From Candidatus Woesearchaeota archaeon (GTDB lineage: Archaea; Nanobdellota; Nanobdellia; SCGC-AAA011-G17; JACPNG01), in assembly GCA_016185605.1 (NCBI GenBank), contig JACPNG010000005.1:4438-68437 (forward strand): a stretch of DNA of 64,000 nucleotides, given 5' to 3'. A program made the translations under genes and the position numbers. The notes below the pieces were generated by a model. That model saw only the letters and a program-made list of their open reading frames with translations, was not told the origin of the DNA and ran no database searches. Positions 8,738-18,411 of this stretch are shown in pieces; the first letter of the stretch is position 1, and each line of letters begins with the position of its first letter.

Positions 8738-9392
8738 TTGCCTTTCTTATTATACCCCAAACTAATAAACCAAAAGAAGCTAGAAGTGCCAAATCCATCC
8801 ACGGCCTTAAATCTATTGGGAGATTGGGATTAAATAATAAAAAACCAAATCCAGCAGTATAATCTTCTATCAAACCAAAAAAAGCTACATAGAAGACTAT
8901 ATATGCAACCCCAAACGCAATTAATCCTGATCCTGTAGTTTTATCCAGAAAAGAATAAACAAATACAGACAATAAAATTATTATTAAAAAAAATGCCCAT
9001 GGACCAAAATTTTCTAATAAAGAATATCCAGTTTGTCTTTCCCATATTAATAATGCAACAGCTAAAAATACACCTAATCCAACATATACTGCCTTTCCTC
9101 CTTCTTCAAGATGTTTTCCCAGTATAGATTGTCCTAATCCAAGAAATATAGTTAAAAATATAGCCAAATCAAAAAAACTAGGATATTGATAATATATTTC
9201 TAATATATCAATCACATCTCCCCCATAAAAGCCAGATCCATAGCCCCTGTAAACAGCACCAGTTGTATAGTCTCCAGAAACTATTACTAAAACAAATAAT
9301 CCAAGAAATATACTCCCAGTAATTGCTATTTTGCTGTACAAATCTTCTAACTTAATCTTGCTTTCTTTCTTGATTTTTCTCTTTTTGTTCAT
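8727..9392 (-). CDS. polytopic membrane protein downstream of the pilus platform gene
   Basis: 221 aa with a Lys-rich N-terminus, then about 6 hydrophobic segments. Co-directional with the ATPase and platform genes. Confidence 0.65.
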   Translation of the reverse strand: MNKKRKIKKESKIKLEDLYSKIAITGSIFLGLFVLVIVSGDYTTGAVYRGYGSGFYGGDVIDILEIYYQYPSFFDLAIFLTIFLGLGQSILGKHLEEGGKAVYVGLGVFLAVALLIWERQTGYSLLENFGPWAFFLIIILLSVFVYSFLDKTTGSGLIAFGVAYIVFYVAFFGLIEDYTAGFGFLLFNPNLPIDLRPWMDLALLASFGLLVWGIIRKASGS

Positions 9393-9430
9393 TATTATTC
9401 TTATCCTTATTAATTATTTAAACCTTTCCC

Positions 9431-11593
9431 TCAAGAGGCTGTTATGACATTAATTCCATTAGCCAGAATATTAAATATAAATATTCCAATTAATGAAACT
9501 ATAACATATAATGAGGTGCTGAATATAATATTTTTTCCAATCTCATATTTTCTCATTATTTTATCATCATTATTTTCTATTGCATTTCTCAATATTGTTA
9601 ATATAATAACAATCTCTATTATGTAAATCCCTATAACTAATTGAAAATGAAAGCTTGGAATTACATCTTCTATCCTTAATATTTCAATTAATCCCTGAAT
9701 ATTTCCAATCCCTTCTGTCTCGCTCAAAGAAATCTGCTTGAATTGCTCCCCTAATCTGTTTATTATTGTTACAACCATTGAGGATACTCCTATTACAATT
9801 CCAGCTATCATAGGAGCTAAAAAACTAGCCTGGGATTTCATACTGCTTGTTATTTCTGCTAGTAAATCCTTTAACCTTTCAGCTACTTTATGAATTCTAT
9901 CTGTATATACTGAAATGCTAATCAAGCTTTTAGCCACAACATCCGGGCCTTTCTTAGCGCTTTCAATTAACACCTTCATGCTGCTTTCTATTAATTTAGA
10001 TGGAAAATAAATTAATGCCCCTCTTTCTGGATTGAATATTGCCTCATTAAGCCCCATCCCTAATTTTCTTATATTGATGCTTACTATTCTGAAGAAACTT
10101 CCTGTTGGTGTTCCTTCTAAATTTTCAGAAACCCTTCCAAATGCTACTTCTACTGGAATTCCAGATCCTACTCTATTGCCTAGCTGGAATAAACTTCCTG
10201 TAAATTCCCTTTCTAATCTGTCTGTCTCTTTTTTAATTCCTATCAGATTTTTTGTATTTAACTTATAATAAATTCCTATAGCTAATCCCAATCCAAGAAC
10301 TATAAATAAACTAAGCACCAAAGACCAAATTCCATAAGGCCCCACATAACTATTGCAGACTCCTCTTACCTCTTCTAGACATTTGTAATCTAGAATTTTT
10401 CCGCCTATACTATCTTCTAAAAATCCAACCTGGTCAAATTCTGGAGTTATTAGATGTAAAATAATAGGCATAAATCCAATTAATAATGCAACAAATCCAA
10501 TTAATAATGCAATCAATAAAGCTGAATCATTTCTATATTTTTTCACTTCTGGATTATTCTCAAATAAATCGCTTTCGCCAAATCCAGTTACTCTTTTGGA
10601 TAGTGTATTCATCCCAAAGATTAATACCAAAGGCGGTAATATAATATTGTATAATAAAGAAAGATGCCACCATTTAACTGCTCCCCTTAAGAAGCTTGAA
10701 ATTAAAGGAAATATTACAATTCCCAATATTGGCAGGATAACTCCCAACATATGCAGCATAGTTACTGGAGATTGTAATTCATGGGCAAAATGAAGCATTT
10801 TGTCATAAGTTCCATCTAACATAATTTCTAAACTTTTATCTAATAATACAACTCTTTTTTCCTCATTTGGTTCATATAAACTAGATTCTATTAGATGAAA
10901 TGCCTCTACAAATTCTAAACTGTAATTTTTCCATCTCTCCAGATAATTATCAAGACTTTCTTTTATTGTTGAATATTTATCCGTCTCAACATCCCAGAAT
11001 ACCTTTCTAAGGTCTAATGCTAATGGATATCCTATATGCTCTCCAGCAAATTTTATGGCTCTTTCCAGATTGCTTGTATGCCTCATGTACATTACAACAT
11101 ACAAAATGCATAGAACCATTTGATTACTTGCCTTTAATCTGTATCTATTAGCAAAGTAATTTGGCAGTTTGCTTACTGGCTTAATTATCAAAGCTCCTAT
11201 TAATAACAAGAATATTGGAGTAAAAATTAATGTCTCTCCAATAAAAAAAGAAGATATTGAAATTATTACAGCCAATAAAATAATCAATCCAGCTATAATA
11301 ACAGAAAAACTATAAGCTCCAATTGGTGTTATATCTAAATGCAATAAATCTATTGATTTTTGCAGTTCCTCTTCGTCTTTTGGCTTTGGTTTTATTTTTA
11401 TTATTCTTTCAGAAAAATTGCATAGATTTTCATAAGTAGTTACTTTTTTGTCAAGCATCTCATTTCTAAATATTTCATACTCCCTGGAAAATGCCTCATT
11501 TGTCTGGACATCCCTAAAAGAAATATTTGAATTTTTATCTAGTCTTTTTGAATATTCATCAAGAATCTTCTTTGTTTCATCGTCAAAGTCCAT
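9431..11593 (-). CDS. polytopic membrane protein, probable FlaJ/PilC/TadC-type (T2SSF) pilus platform protein
   Basis: 720 aa with multiple TM clusters separated by soluble helical domains. 1-nt gap after the ATPase gene. Family assigned from context and topology, not from a motif. Confidence 0.65.
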   Translation of the reverse strand: MDFDDETKKILDEYSKRLDKNSNISFRDVQTNEAFSREYEIFRNEMLDKKVTTYENLCNFSERIIKIKPKPKDEEELQKSIDLLHLDITPIGAYSFSVIIAGLIILLAVIISISSFFIGETLIFTPIFLLLIGALIIKPVSKLPNYFANRYRLKASNQMVLCILYVVMYMRHTSNLERAIKFAGEHIGYPLALDLRKVFWDVETDKYSTIKESLDNYLERWKNYSLEFVEAFHLIESSLYEPNEEKRVVLLDKSLEIMLDGTYDKMLHFAHELQSPVTMLHMLGVILPILGIVIFPLISSFLRGAVKWWHLSLLYNIILPPLVLIFGMNTLSKRVTGFGESDLFENNPEVKKYRNDSALLIALLIGFVALLIGFMPIILHLITPEFDQVGFLEDSIGGKILDYKCLEEVRGVCNSYVGPYGIWSLVLSLFIVLGLGLAIGIYYKLNTKNLIGIKKETDRLEREFTGSLFQLGNRVGSGIPVEVAFGRVSENLEGTPTGSFFRIVSINIRKLGMGLNEAIFNPERGALIYFPSKLIESSMKVLIESAKKGPDVVAKSLISISVYTDRIHKVAERLKDLLAEITSSMKSQASFLAPMIAGIVIGVSSMVVTIINRLGEQFKQISLSETEGIGNIQGLIEILRIEDVIPSFHFQLVIGIYIIEIVIILTILRNAIENNDDKIMRKYEIGKNIIFSTSLYVIVSLIGIFIFNILANGINVITAS

Positions 11594-11594
11594 C

Positions 11595-13856
11595 TTAAAA
11601 TTGTCTCATTCTTATTTTTCTTTTCAGCCATTCTTCCCAGCTAAAAAATATTCTCTTGCTATCCAAGTAACCAATCTCTTCCCTTACTATCTCGCTTATT
11701 CTATGAAATTGATCATTAGAATCTATAACAAAATTAGCTTCTAATACTAAATTATTCTTAATCCTGTTGGAATATTCAACTAAAGTCTCTTTTATTTTTG
11801 CCCTTAATAAGATATTATCCCAGATAGCATCCCAGTTGCCTGCCCATTCTTTGACATTTCCGCCTATTGATTTTATTATTTCACTGTCTCCATTAATCAA
11901 ATCATTACTGGGAATTAACATCTCTTGTTTTGGGTCATATCTCATTAAATCAACAAATCCTCTCTCAACCAATGGATCTTGCTCCCAATTCTTTCTAACT
12001 TCTGTTATCTGGGTTACCCTTCTCCATTTATGCAGTCCATCTGGACTCTTCATTGGATTTGCTACAATTATTATATCTGTGGCTTTAAAGCTAGTTCTTG
12101 GGACATTTAAATCATTAACTACCCTGTCAAATACCCCATAAGGAGAATCTCCATGAATTGTGCCTGCTACAACATTTGCTAATGCTCCTATTCTCATTGC
12201 CTCATAAAGCGCAAACGCCTCCAAGCTTCTAATCTCCCCTAAAATTAATGCAGAATCTCCCATCCTTAATGCTGTCCTTATTCCCTCATCTGCTGGAATC
12301 TCTGTTCCCCCTTTTGTTAAGGCGCTTCTTACCTTCATCTGCTGGATATTATACCCTAATTTTCTTAAAGCATCTACTGGCAGTTCTAATGTATCTTCTA
12401 ATGTAATAATTCTGTATTTTCTCATTATCTCAACTAAAGTTGAGCCTAATAATGAGGTTTTCCCAGAGCTTCTTGTTCCGGCTACCAACATTGTTCTGGA
12501 GCCATCAATTAAGAAACTAATTAATCCAGCTCCTAAAGGGCTTATCATCTTATTCTGGATAAATAAAGGCAATGTCCAGGGCTTGTCCCTATGCCTCCTT
12601 AATGCATAAGCCAATCCATTTGGATTTAATGGCCTTTGGATAATTGCTACTCTGGCTCTTGCATTTGGAATTATTAATTCAGTATCTAATATTGGGTTAG
12701 CCTCATCTAATGGCCTTCCGCTTAGGATCCTAAACTTAGAAGCCCATGACTCTGCATCCTCATTGCTAGGAACTAAATTAGTTACACATTCATCATAATC
12801 CTCATGTACAACAAATATTGGGGTTTGGCCTATAGGGGCATTTATTGTTATATCCTGTACTTTTTTGTCTTCTAATAATACTTCTAATATCCCAAATCCA
12901 ACAGTATATCTTACAAGTATATTAGCTAAATCATTTAATTCCTCAAAACTAAGAGTTATATCTCTGTGCTCAGCTAATTCTTGCAATAAATCCCTTCCAA
13001 TATTGAAGAAAGTGTTCCTCATCTTATCTGGCTCCAAAAATTCTTCCTCTCTTGGCTTGTGTTCAGCTAGAACTCCTCTGGCTAAATCCAATAATTCATA
13101 TTTATCCTCACTTAATTTAAATTCTGGAGGTATTAGATGGTATAATGATTTTATGTCCTTTTCAACATTATAAATTGTAACATCGCTTTCATTGAATGAA
13201 TAAACATCTAATTGCTGTCCATCTAATGGCGGCTGGGCCATTAATCTAGTAAACATAAAGTCTGGAGTGATAATTGGCTTGAAGATTGTAGAATATAAGC
13301 TTCTGTCTCCAACGCCATAAGCTGCCAGATTTGGTTTTGCCGCACTTATCAATGTAGTTTTATTCAATAGATTATACACATATTCTAATATCTCAACATA
13401 AGATTGCTGGGAAGAAGCTAAATTTAATGGAATCTTATTTAGCTTTATTTTTTCTTCCCTTATTATCCTTCTTAGCACAATATAAGCCCCTATTGGGTCT
13501 GATCTGAGAAGATTAATTATTATATCTTGTATTTTTGACTGCCAGCCTGGCAGATATAAAGAAGAGCCTGATTTTGATGCAATTTCAGCCAGGGTCAATA
13601 TTTTCTTTTGCTTAATTAACATTTTGTATAAATTAGCAATCTCAACCAACATTTGAGTTTGTTCATAGTCATAGCTATAATTTCTTCTCTGGGTAAATAT
13701 TATTCGGCCAGCACTTGGAACTTGAACCAAATAATCAACTGTCTTTGCCATCACAACAGAATTGCCTTCTATGCTTGGGACAAAACTCCATTGTTCGGCA
13801 TTTATTCTAAGAACATCTTCCTGGCCCTCTTTTAATATTTGATACTCTTCTGCCAT
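11595..13856 (-). CDS. type II/IV secretion-system ATPase (GspE/FlaI/VirB11 superfamily) with long N-terminal extension
   Basis: Walker A VAGTRSSGKTSLLGS; Asp/Walker B region RIITLEDTLELP; LGEIRS and TIHG (His-box) motifs in the C-terminal half. Confidence 0.85.
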   Translation of the reverse strand: MAEEYQILKEGQEDVLRINAEQWSFVPSIEGNSVVMAKTVDYLVQVPSAGRIIFTQRRNYSYDYEQTQMLVEIANLYKMLIKQKKILTLAEIASKSGSSLYLPGWQSKIQDIIINLLRSDPIGAYIVLRRIIREEKIKLNKIPLNLASSQQSYVEILEYVYNLLNKTTLISAAKPNLAAYGVGDRSLYSTIFKPIITPDFMFTRLMAQPPLDGQQLDVYSFNESDVTIYNVEKDIKSLYHLIPPEFKLSEDKYELLDLARGVLAEHKPREEEFLEPDKMRNTFFNIGRDLLQELAEHRDITLSFEELNDLANILVRYTVGFGILEVLLEDKKVQDITINAPIGQTPIFVVHEDYDECVTNLVPSNEDAESWASKFRILSGRPLDEANPILDTELIIPNARARVAIIQRPLNPNGLAYALRRHRDKPWTLPLFIQNKMISPLGAGLISFLIDGSRTMLVAGTRSSGKTSLLGSTLVEIMRKYRIITLEDTLELPVDALRKLGYNIQQMKVRSALTKGGTEIPADEGIRTALRMGDSALILGEIRSLEAFALYEAMRIGALANVVAGTIHGDSPYGVFDRVVNDLNVPRTSFKATDIIIVANPMKSPDGLHKWRRVTQITEVRKNWEQDPLVERGFVDLMRYDPKQEMLIPSNDLINGDSEIIKSIGGNVKEWAGNWDAIWDNILLRAKIKETLVEYSNRIKNNLVLEANFVIDSNDQFHRISEIVREEIGYLDSKRIFFSWEEWLKRKIRMRQF

Positions 13857-13936
13857 TATCTCACTAAAACCAAATGGAAATTTTTTTAAATTCCTAAAGT
13901 TTATTTATTTGATTAAATAAATAGTTTTCGTTTTAA

Positions 13937-14383
13937 ATGGCTCAAGAGACAGATATTTCATATGTAATAAGCGACTTGAATTCAAGAGTCAGAATTCTAG
14001 AAAGCAGATACAATTTACTTGGCGAAAGATTGCTTGTAATAAATAAAAACATGATTGATGAGTATAAGAAGGTGTTAAACGAGATAAAATCAATGGACAC
14101 AGAATTAAAAGAGATTAAAGGTGATGTTTTCAATCTCAAAGAGACAATAAAAAAAATCCTAGATGAAATAAGCACACTTGCAAAAAAAGAAAACATTAAA
14201 GTACTTGAAAAATATATTAACCTGTGGAACCCAATGCAGTTTGTCAGGGAAGAAGATATAGAAAGGGTTGTTGATAAAAAAATAGGGAAATTTGCCACAA
14301 AAGAGGATATTGAAAATTTAATTAAAAACCTAACGACAAAAGAAGAAGTATTAAGATTAATAAGGGGTGAAAGATTTGGCTGA
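13937..14383 (+). CDS. coiled-coil protein, unknown function
   Basis: 148 aa, heptad-like Lys/Glu/Ile/Leu-rich sequence. Divergent from the pilus ATPase gene. Confidence 0.65.
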   Translation: MAQETDISYVISDLNSRVRILESRYNLLGERLLVINKNMIDEYKKVLNEIKSMDTELKEIKGDVFNLKETIKKILDEISTLAKKENIKVLEKYINLWNPMQFVREEDIERVVDKKIGKFATKEDIENLIKNLTTKEEVLRLIRGERFG

Positions 14384-15023
14384 GAATGATATCCCAACAG
14401 AAGAGGCATTAAGCCTAAGTAAAAAAGGATTGAAAAAGGACGAAATAAACAGAAAGTTGGAAGAATCAGGATATAATCCAAGGCAGATAAATGACGCAAT
14501 TAACCAGATGGATATTAAAAGAAGTGTACTGGGAAAATATCCAGATAATGATGTTTCTCATCCTGGAATGGAATCTTCTGTATTAAATCTAGAAGAAGAA
14601 GCCCCATCCCCGACAGAGGATAATTTTGATTACACCCAACAAAGAAGTAATAGAACAACTCAAATTCCCCAGGTAACTCCACAAGATTACAGTGCAGACA
14701 CAGAAGAATTAATAGAGGCTGTAATAGAAGAAAAATGGCAGGAATTTATGAGTAGACTAGGTGATATGGAATCCTGGAAGATAAGAACAGATGATGATAT
14801 TACATCAATAAAACAAGAAGTCATTAGACTAGGAAAAAGATTTGACAATTTACAGAACTCAGTTGTACAAAAGGTTGGAGAATACAGCCAGAGTATTGTT
14901 GATATTAATACTGAGATTAAAGCTCTAGAAAAAGTATTCCAGAATATAATAGATCCATTAACCAGCAATATTAAGGAATTGTCTAGAATAACACAAGAAA
15001 TTAAAAGAAGGGAGAAATTTTAG
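14367..15023 (+). CDS. coiled-coil protein with acidic/Pro-rich linker, unknown function
   Basis: Track start is GTG 14367. TTG 14376 lies about 6 nt after the SD-like AAGGGGTGA and is an alternative start. The C-terminal 100 aa are coiled-coil-like. Confidence 0.6.
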   Translation: MKDLAENDIPTEEALSLSKKGLKKDEINRKLEESGYNPRQINDAINQMDIKRSVLGKYPDNDVSHPGMESSVLNLEEEAPSPTEDNFDYTQQRSNRTTQIPQVTPQDYSADTEELIEAVIEEKWQEFMSRLGDMESWKIRTDDDITSIKQEVIRLGKRFDNLQNSVVQKVGEYSQSIVDINTEIKALEKVFQNIIDPLTSNIKELSRITQEIKRREKF

Positions 15024-15553
15024 TTTCTTGCTGAAATTAATCTGACAGCCTGTGATGCGACAACCAATATAAAAATAGTGGCTAGCATTCTTGGATGGAA
15101 TATTATTCTACCTATATCATATGTAACTCCTTCTTGGGCTGTTTGCTCTGTTCCATATAATCCTTGGATTACAGGACCATAAACTTGAGACATAGCAAAT
15201 CCAAAAATTCCTATTAATGCAATTATTCCTATTGTCCAGACAACCCAGTTTTCAGAAAATACCCCAACAATGGATTTTTCTTCTACCCCCACCATCATAA
15301 ATACTAAAACTAGCATTATCAGAAAAATAAACATGAAGATAAACCATGGTGTAGCCACATTCAATACATCCCTAACTCCTGGAGTCAGCATAAATAACAT
15401 AGACATTGAAAATGCAACAACTATGTTGATATTTGAACTCTTGCCAAATAATGGAACTCTTGATAATATTGCATATAATACTCCGAATACAAATAAGAAG
15501 GTAAAGACTGGCTTAAAATATAATACTAAACTTGTATCCAATACAGTTGCCAT
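15020..15553 (-). CDS. membrane protein, paralog 1 of 3 (tandem family)
   Basis: 177 aa polytopic. N-terminal FTFLFVFGVLYAILSRVPLFGKS aligns with the LPFLLVFT..L.KS.I.G motif of the two upstream paralogs. Confidence 0.65.
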   Translation of the reverse strand: MATVLDTSLVLYFKPVFTFLFVFGVLYAILSRVPLFGKSSNINIVVAFSMSMLFMLTPGVRDVLNVATPWFIFMFIFLIMLVLVFMMVGVEEKSIVGVFSENWVVWTIGIIALIGIFGFAMSQVYGPVIQGLYGTEQTAQEGVTYDIGRIIFHPRMLATIFILVVASQAVRLISARN

Positions 15554-16107
15554 TATTTGCTCCCTTTTAGTTCTTCAGCTATCTTCTCTAAAAATCCCTG
15601 TCCTTTTTCTTTTGGCTCTCTTGTAACTAACCATATAATTATAATAAATATTCCAACAAAAAGTATTGTTCCTTTAGTTTGATCATCTATATCTGTTAAA
15701 AATTCAGGAAGATTAAAATTTTCATCTAATGAACTAGATGATAAAGCCCAGACAATAAAAACCAAAGATACAATAAATGCTAATCCAAGTAAATTTCCAG
15801 TCCAGCCTGAATGCTCTTTTCCAACAAATATTCCAACTAATAATAAAAACATTAAAATTATTATCATAAATATAGATACATTTGGCAGAAATCTATTTAC
15901 TAATCCGACTAATGTCTGATTTCTTACAAACAATAAGGCAATAACAAATGATACTATGATGTTTAGTTGCTTGCCAGTATCTCCTAAAATCTTAGATTTC
16001 TGCAGAACCCCAAATGATAATGTAAATACTAACAAAAATGGAAGCAAAACCTCAAATACTCCTATTTCCTCGCTTAAATTCAAAAAATCCCTGAAATCAA
16101 AAGCCAT
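15553..16107 (-). CDS. membrane protein, paralog 2 of 3
   Basis: MAFDFRDFLNLSEEIGVFEVLLPFLLVFTLSFGVLQKSKILG...FVIALLFV. 1-nt overlap with paralog 1. Confidence 0.65.
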   Translation of the reverse strand: MAFDFRDFLNLSEEIGVFEVLLPFLLVFTLSFGVLQKSKILGDTGKQLNIIVSFVIALLFVRNQTLVGLVNRFLPNVSIFMIIILMFLLLVGIFVGKEHSGWTGNLLGLAFIVSLVFIVWALSSSSLDENFNLPEFLTDIDDQTKGTILFVGIFIIIIWLVTREPKEKGQGFLEKIAEELKGSK

Positions 16108-16110
16108 TAA

Positions 16111-16656
16111 TCACGCCTCCTTTTTATCTGGTGTCCTGACAACATATAATATAACCCCTATTACTATTGCCAAAAATATCAATGAAACTAAAAATGTTTG
16201 GTCCCAATTAGCCATTACATAATCTATTATTGGAGATAACCAATTTATTGAGTTTAAAAAAACTGCTAATACAGCTATAAATAATATTAATGTTAAAAAA
16301 ATTTTCCATTTCCTTTCTTTCTCAAAACTAAACGGCTCAGTTCCTGTTACTAATGAACCAGCCAGCATCATAAAGCTTGTGATTATAATTAATATTAATG
16401 CTATCTGTGGAAGTGATTCTCGTATAGAAACAACTATTTCCTTTGTCACAACAACAAACAATGCTATAACAAAAGCCACCATAGAATTGACGCTTCTTCT
16501 TGGAGATTCTGTATCTCCTATTTTTTCTTTTCCAAATATTGCTGATTTTTCCAGTATAGCATAAACTATTGTAAAAACTAGTAAAAAAGGTAATACAACA
16601 TTAAAAAAGCCAAAATTTTCTAAAAAATCTAGTGCATTTTCTAAAGGCGTCGCCAT
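16111..16656 (-). CDS. membrane protein, paralog 3 of 3
   Basis: MATPLENALDFLENFGFFNVVLPFLLVFTIVYAILEKSAIFG...FVIALFVV. 3-nt gap to paralog 2. Confidence 0.65.
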   Translation of the reverse strand: MATPLENALDFLENFGFFNVVLPFLLVFTIVYAILEKSAIFGKEKIGDTESPRRSVNSMVAFVIALFVVVTKEIVVSIRESLPQIALILIIITSFMMLAGSLVTGTEPFSFEKERKWKIFLTLILFIAVLAVFLNSINWLSPIIDYVMANWDQTFLVSLIFLAIVIGVILYVVRTPDKKEA

Positions 16657-16687
16657 TAGAAACTAAAGAATAAACTACTATAAAAAT

Positions 16688-16963
16688 TTATTCTTTAGAC
16701 TCCTCTTTTTCCTCGTATGAAGGGATGGCTGACTTGCTGATTATTACTATATCTCCAATTGCCTTAACAAACTGATGGGGAACAATTACCCCTTTAGCTC
16801 CGCCTAAAACCCTTGTTAAAAATGAATTCTTTGTAGCCCTAATCCTCCATCCAGAAATCTTATTTGTTGTTAAGATGCTTTCTTCTATATCTCCAAAGTA
16901 TTCTCCTGAGTCTGTATAAACCCTCATGTCATACACATCGCTTATCTTCTTTACCTTTAGCAT
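16688..16963 (-). CDS. PRC-barrel domain protein
   Basis: 91 aa. VYDMRVYTDSGEYFGDIEESIL...ISGWRI pattern typical of small archaeal PRC-barrel proteins. A second one is at 37919..38182. Confidence 0.55.
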   Translation of the reverse strand: MLKVKKISDVYDMRVYTDSGEYFGDIEESILTTNKISGWRIRATKNSFLTRVLGGAKGVIVPHQFVKAIGDIVIISKSAIPSYEEKEESKE

Positions 16964-17021
16964 ATTTGACCTCCTTAGCCTTTTGGAAAATGTTTTAAGT
17001 ATTTAAAAATTTCTCTACAGA

Positions 17022-17684
17022 ATGGAAACATACAAAAACCTAAAAATCATAGGAACTTCGCATATTTCTATAGATAGCGTAAATGAAGTTGAGAGTATAA
17101 TATTATCGGTAAAGCCAGATATAGTGGCAATAGAATTGGATAAATTAAGGTTTTATTCACTCAGTTCCAAGGGCAAAAAAGTGAGTATTAAGGATATATA
17201 CAAAATAGGGATTAAAGGATTCTTGTTTAATCTTATTGGGGCATGGATAGAAAAGCAGCTTGGAAAGATAGTAAATGTCAAACCGGGCTCGGAAATGATC
17301 AAGGCGATAGAATCTGCCAGGAAAGTCAATGCAAGAGTAGCATTAATAGACCAAGATATCAGAATAACATTAAAAAAACTCTCAAAACAATTGACATGGA
17401 AAGAAAAATTTACATTTGTAAATGATATATTCAAAGGGATATTCTCTAAAGAAAGAATAAAAATTGATCTTCGAAAAGTTCCAGATAAGAAGCTAATAAA
17501 CATTTTAATAAAAAAATTAAGGGATGATTACCCCACATTGTATAAGGTTTTAATAGAGGAAAGGAATTTAGTTCTTGCAAAAAACTTAAATAAACTTATG
17601 ACCACTAATAAATCTATAGTTGCTGTTATCGGCGCGGGGCATGAAGAAGAGGTATTAAGGATTATAAAAAATGGAAATAAGTAA
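17022..17684 (+). CDS. TraB/PrgY-family protein
   Basis: IIGTSHISIDSV, PDIVAIELD and VIGAGHEEEV motifs, as in the TraB family. Confidence 0.7.
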   Translation: METYKNLKIIGTSHISIDSVNEVESIILSVKPDIVAIELDKLRFYSLSSKGKKVSIKDIYKIGIKGFLFNLIGAWIEKQLGKIVNVKPGSEMIKAIESARKVNARVALIDQDIRITLKKLSKQLTWKEKFTFVNDIFKGIFSKERIKIDLRKVPDKKLINILIKKLRDDYPTLYKVLIEERNLVLAKNLNKLMTTNKSIVAVIGAGHEEEVLRIIKNGNK

Positions 17685-18411
17685 AAAAGAGCTAAAGCAT
17701 TTTGTTATAACTATATTTTTTGTAACTTTGGCATTGGCATTTGATGATAAAAATCCAGAATTTATATTAAGCTCCTGGATTAAGAATTTTATAATAATTT
17801 TTCTGCTAGCAACAATTACAGTCTTAGTTCATTATATCGGGCATAAATTGTTAGCTTATAGGTATAAGGTAAGAATTGAGCATAGGGTAATGACTACTTC
17901 TCACTTTTACATTACCCATTTCTTCTCAGTAAAGACCAAGCCAATTCCATTGGGAATAATTGCATCTTTATTTGTTGCATTTGCCTCTTTGGGGAAGATG
18001 TTCTTTATAGCAATAGAATCATTTATTGTCCATCCTGACAAACATAGAAGAGTTGGATTTAGATATCAAAATCTGACCGATTATGAGTTGGCTATTATAG
18101 CTTCCGCTGGGCCGTTATCAAATCTCATATTTGCATTGATATTAAAGATGATGGGATTATCCTCATTAAATGGTTTAATCTACATAAATTTATTTTATGC
18201 CTTATTCCACATGATTCCATTTTCTACATTAGATGGCTGTAAGATATTTTTCAGCTCATTCCCATTGTATATCTTCTCTTTATTCCTTATATTGGCTACT
18301 TTGTTATTAATCTCATTATACTCTTTAACAGCAATAGTCTTATTATCATTGTTTATTGCTAGTGTATTTACAATAATCTTCTTCATAACAATGTATAATA
18401 AGTATTTATAA
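17671..18411 (+). CDS. M50 (site-2 protease)-like membrane protein with atypical HYIGH motif
   Basis: Polytopic. VHYIGHKL sits where HExxH is expected, and HMIPFSTLDG matches the M50 NxxPxxxLDG motif. 14-nt overlap with the TraB-like gene. Confidence 0.55.
   Translation: MEISKKELKHFVITIFFVTLALAFDDKNPEFILSSWIKNFIIIFLLATITVLVHYIGHKLLAYRYKVRIEHRVMTTSHFYITHFFSVKTKPIPLGIIASLFVAFASLGKMFFIAIESFIVHPDKHRRVGFRYQNLTDYELAIIASAGPLSNLIFALILKMMGLSSLNGLIYINLFYALFHMIPFSTLDGCKIFFSSFPLYIFSLFLILATLLLISLYSLTAIVLLSLFIASVFTIIFFITMYNKYL

Noticed and set aside
8727-9392. Membrane protein with SGD and YGGD motifs, considered as the missing A24 prepilin peptidase
   Set aside because: The two Asp motifs are only about 23 residues apart in one loop, and neither fits GxGD. 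The topology does not match FlaK/PibD.
13942-14499. 185-aa minus-strand ORF covering the two coiled-coil genes
   Set aside because: Its Ser/Phe/Leu/Ile-rich low-complexity translation is the typical antisense shadow of Lys/Glu-rich AT-rich coding sequence. The sense ORFs have coherent coiled-coil sequence and operon-like spacing.
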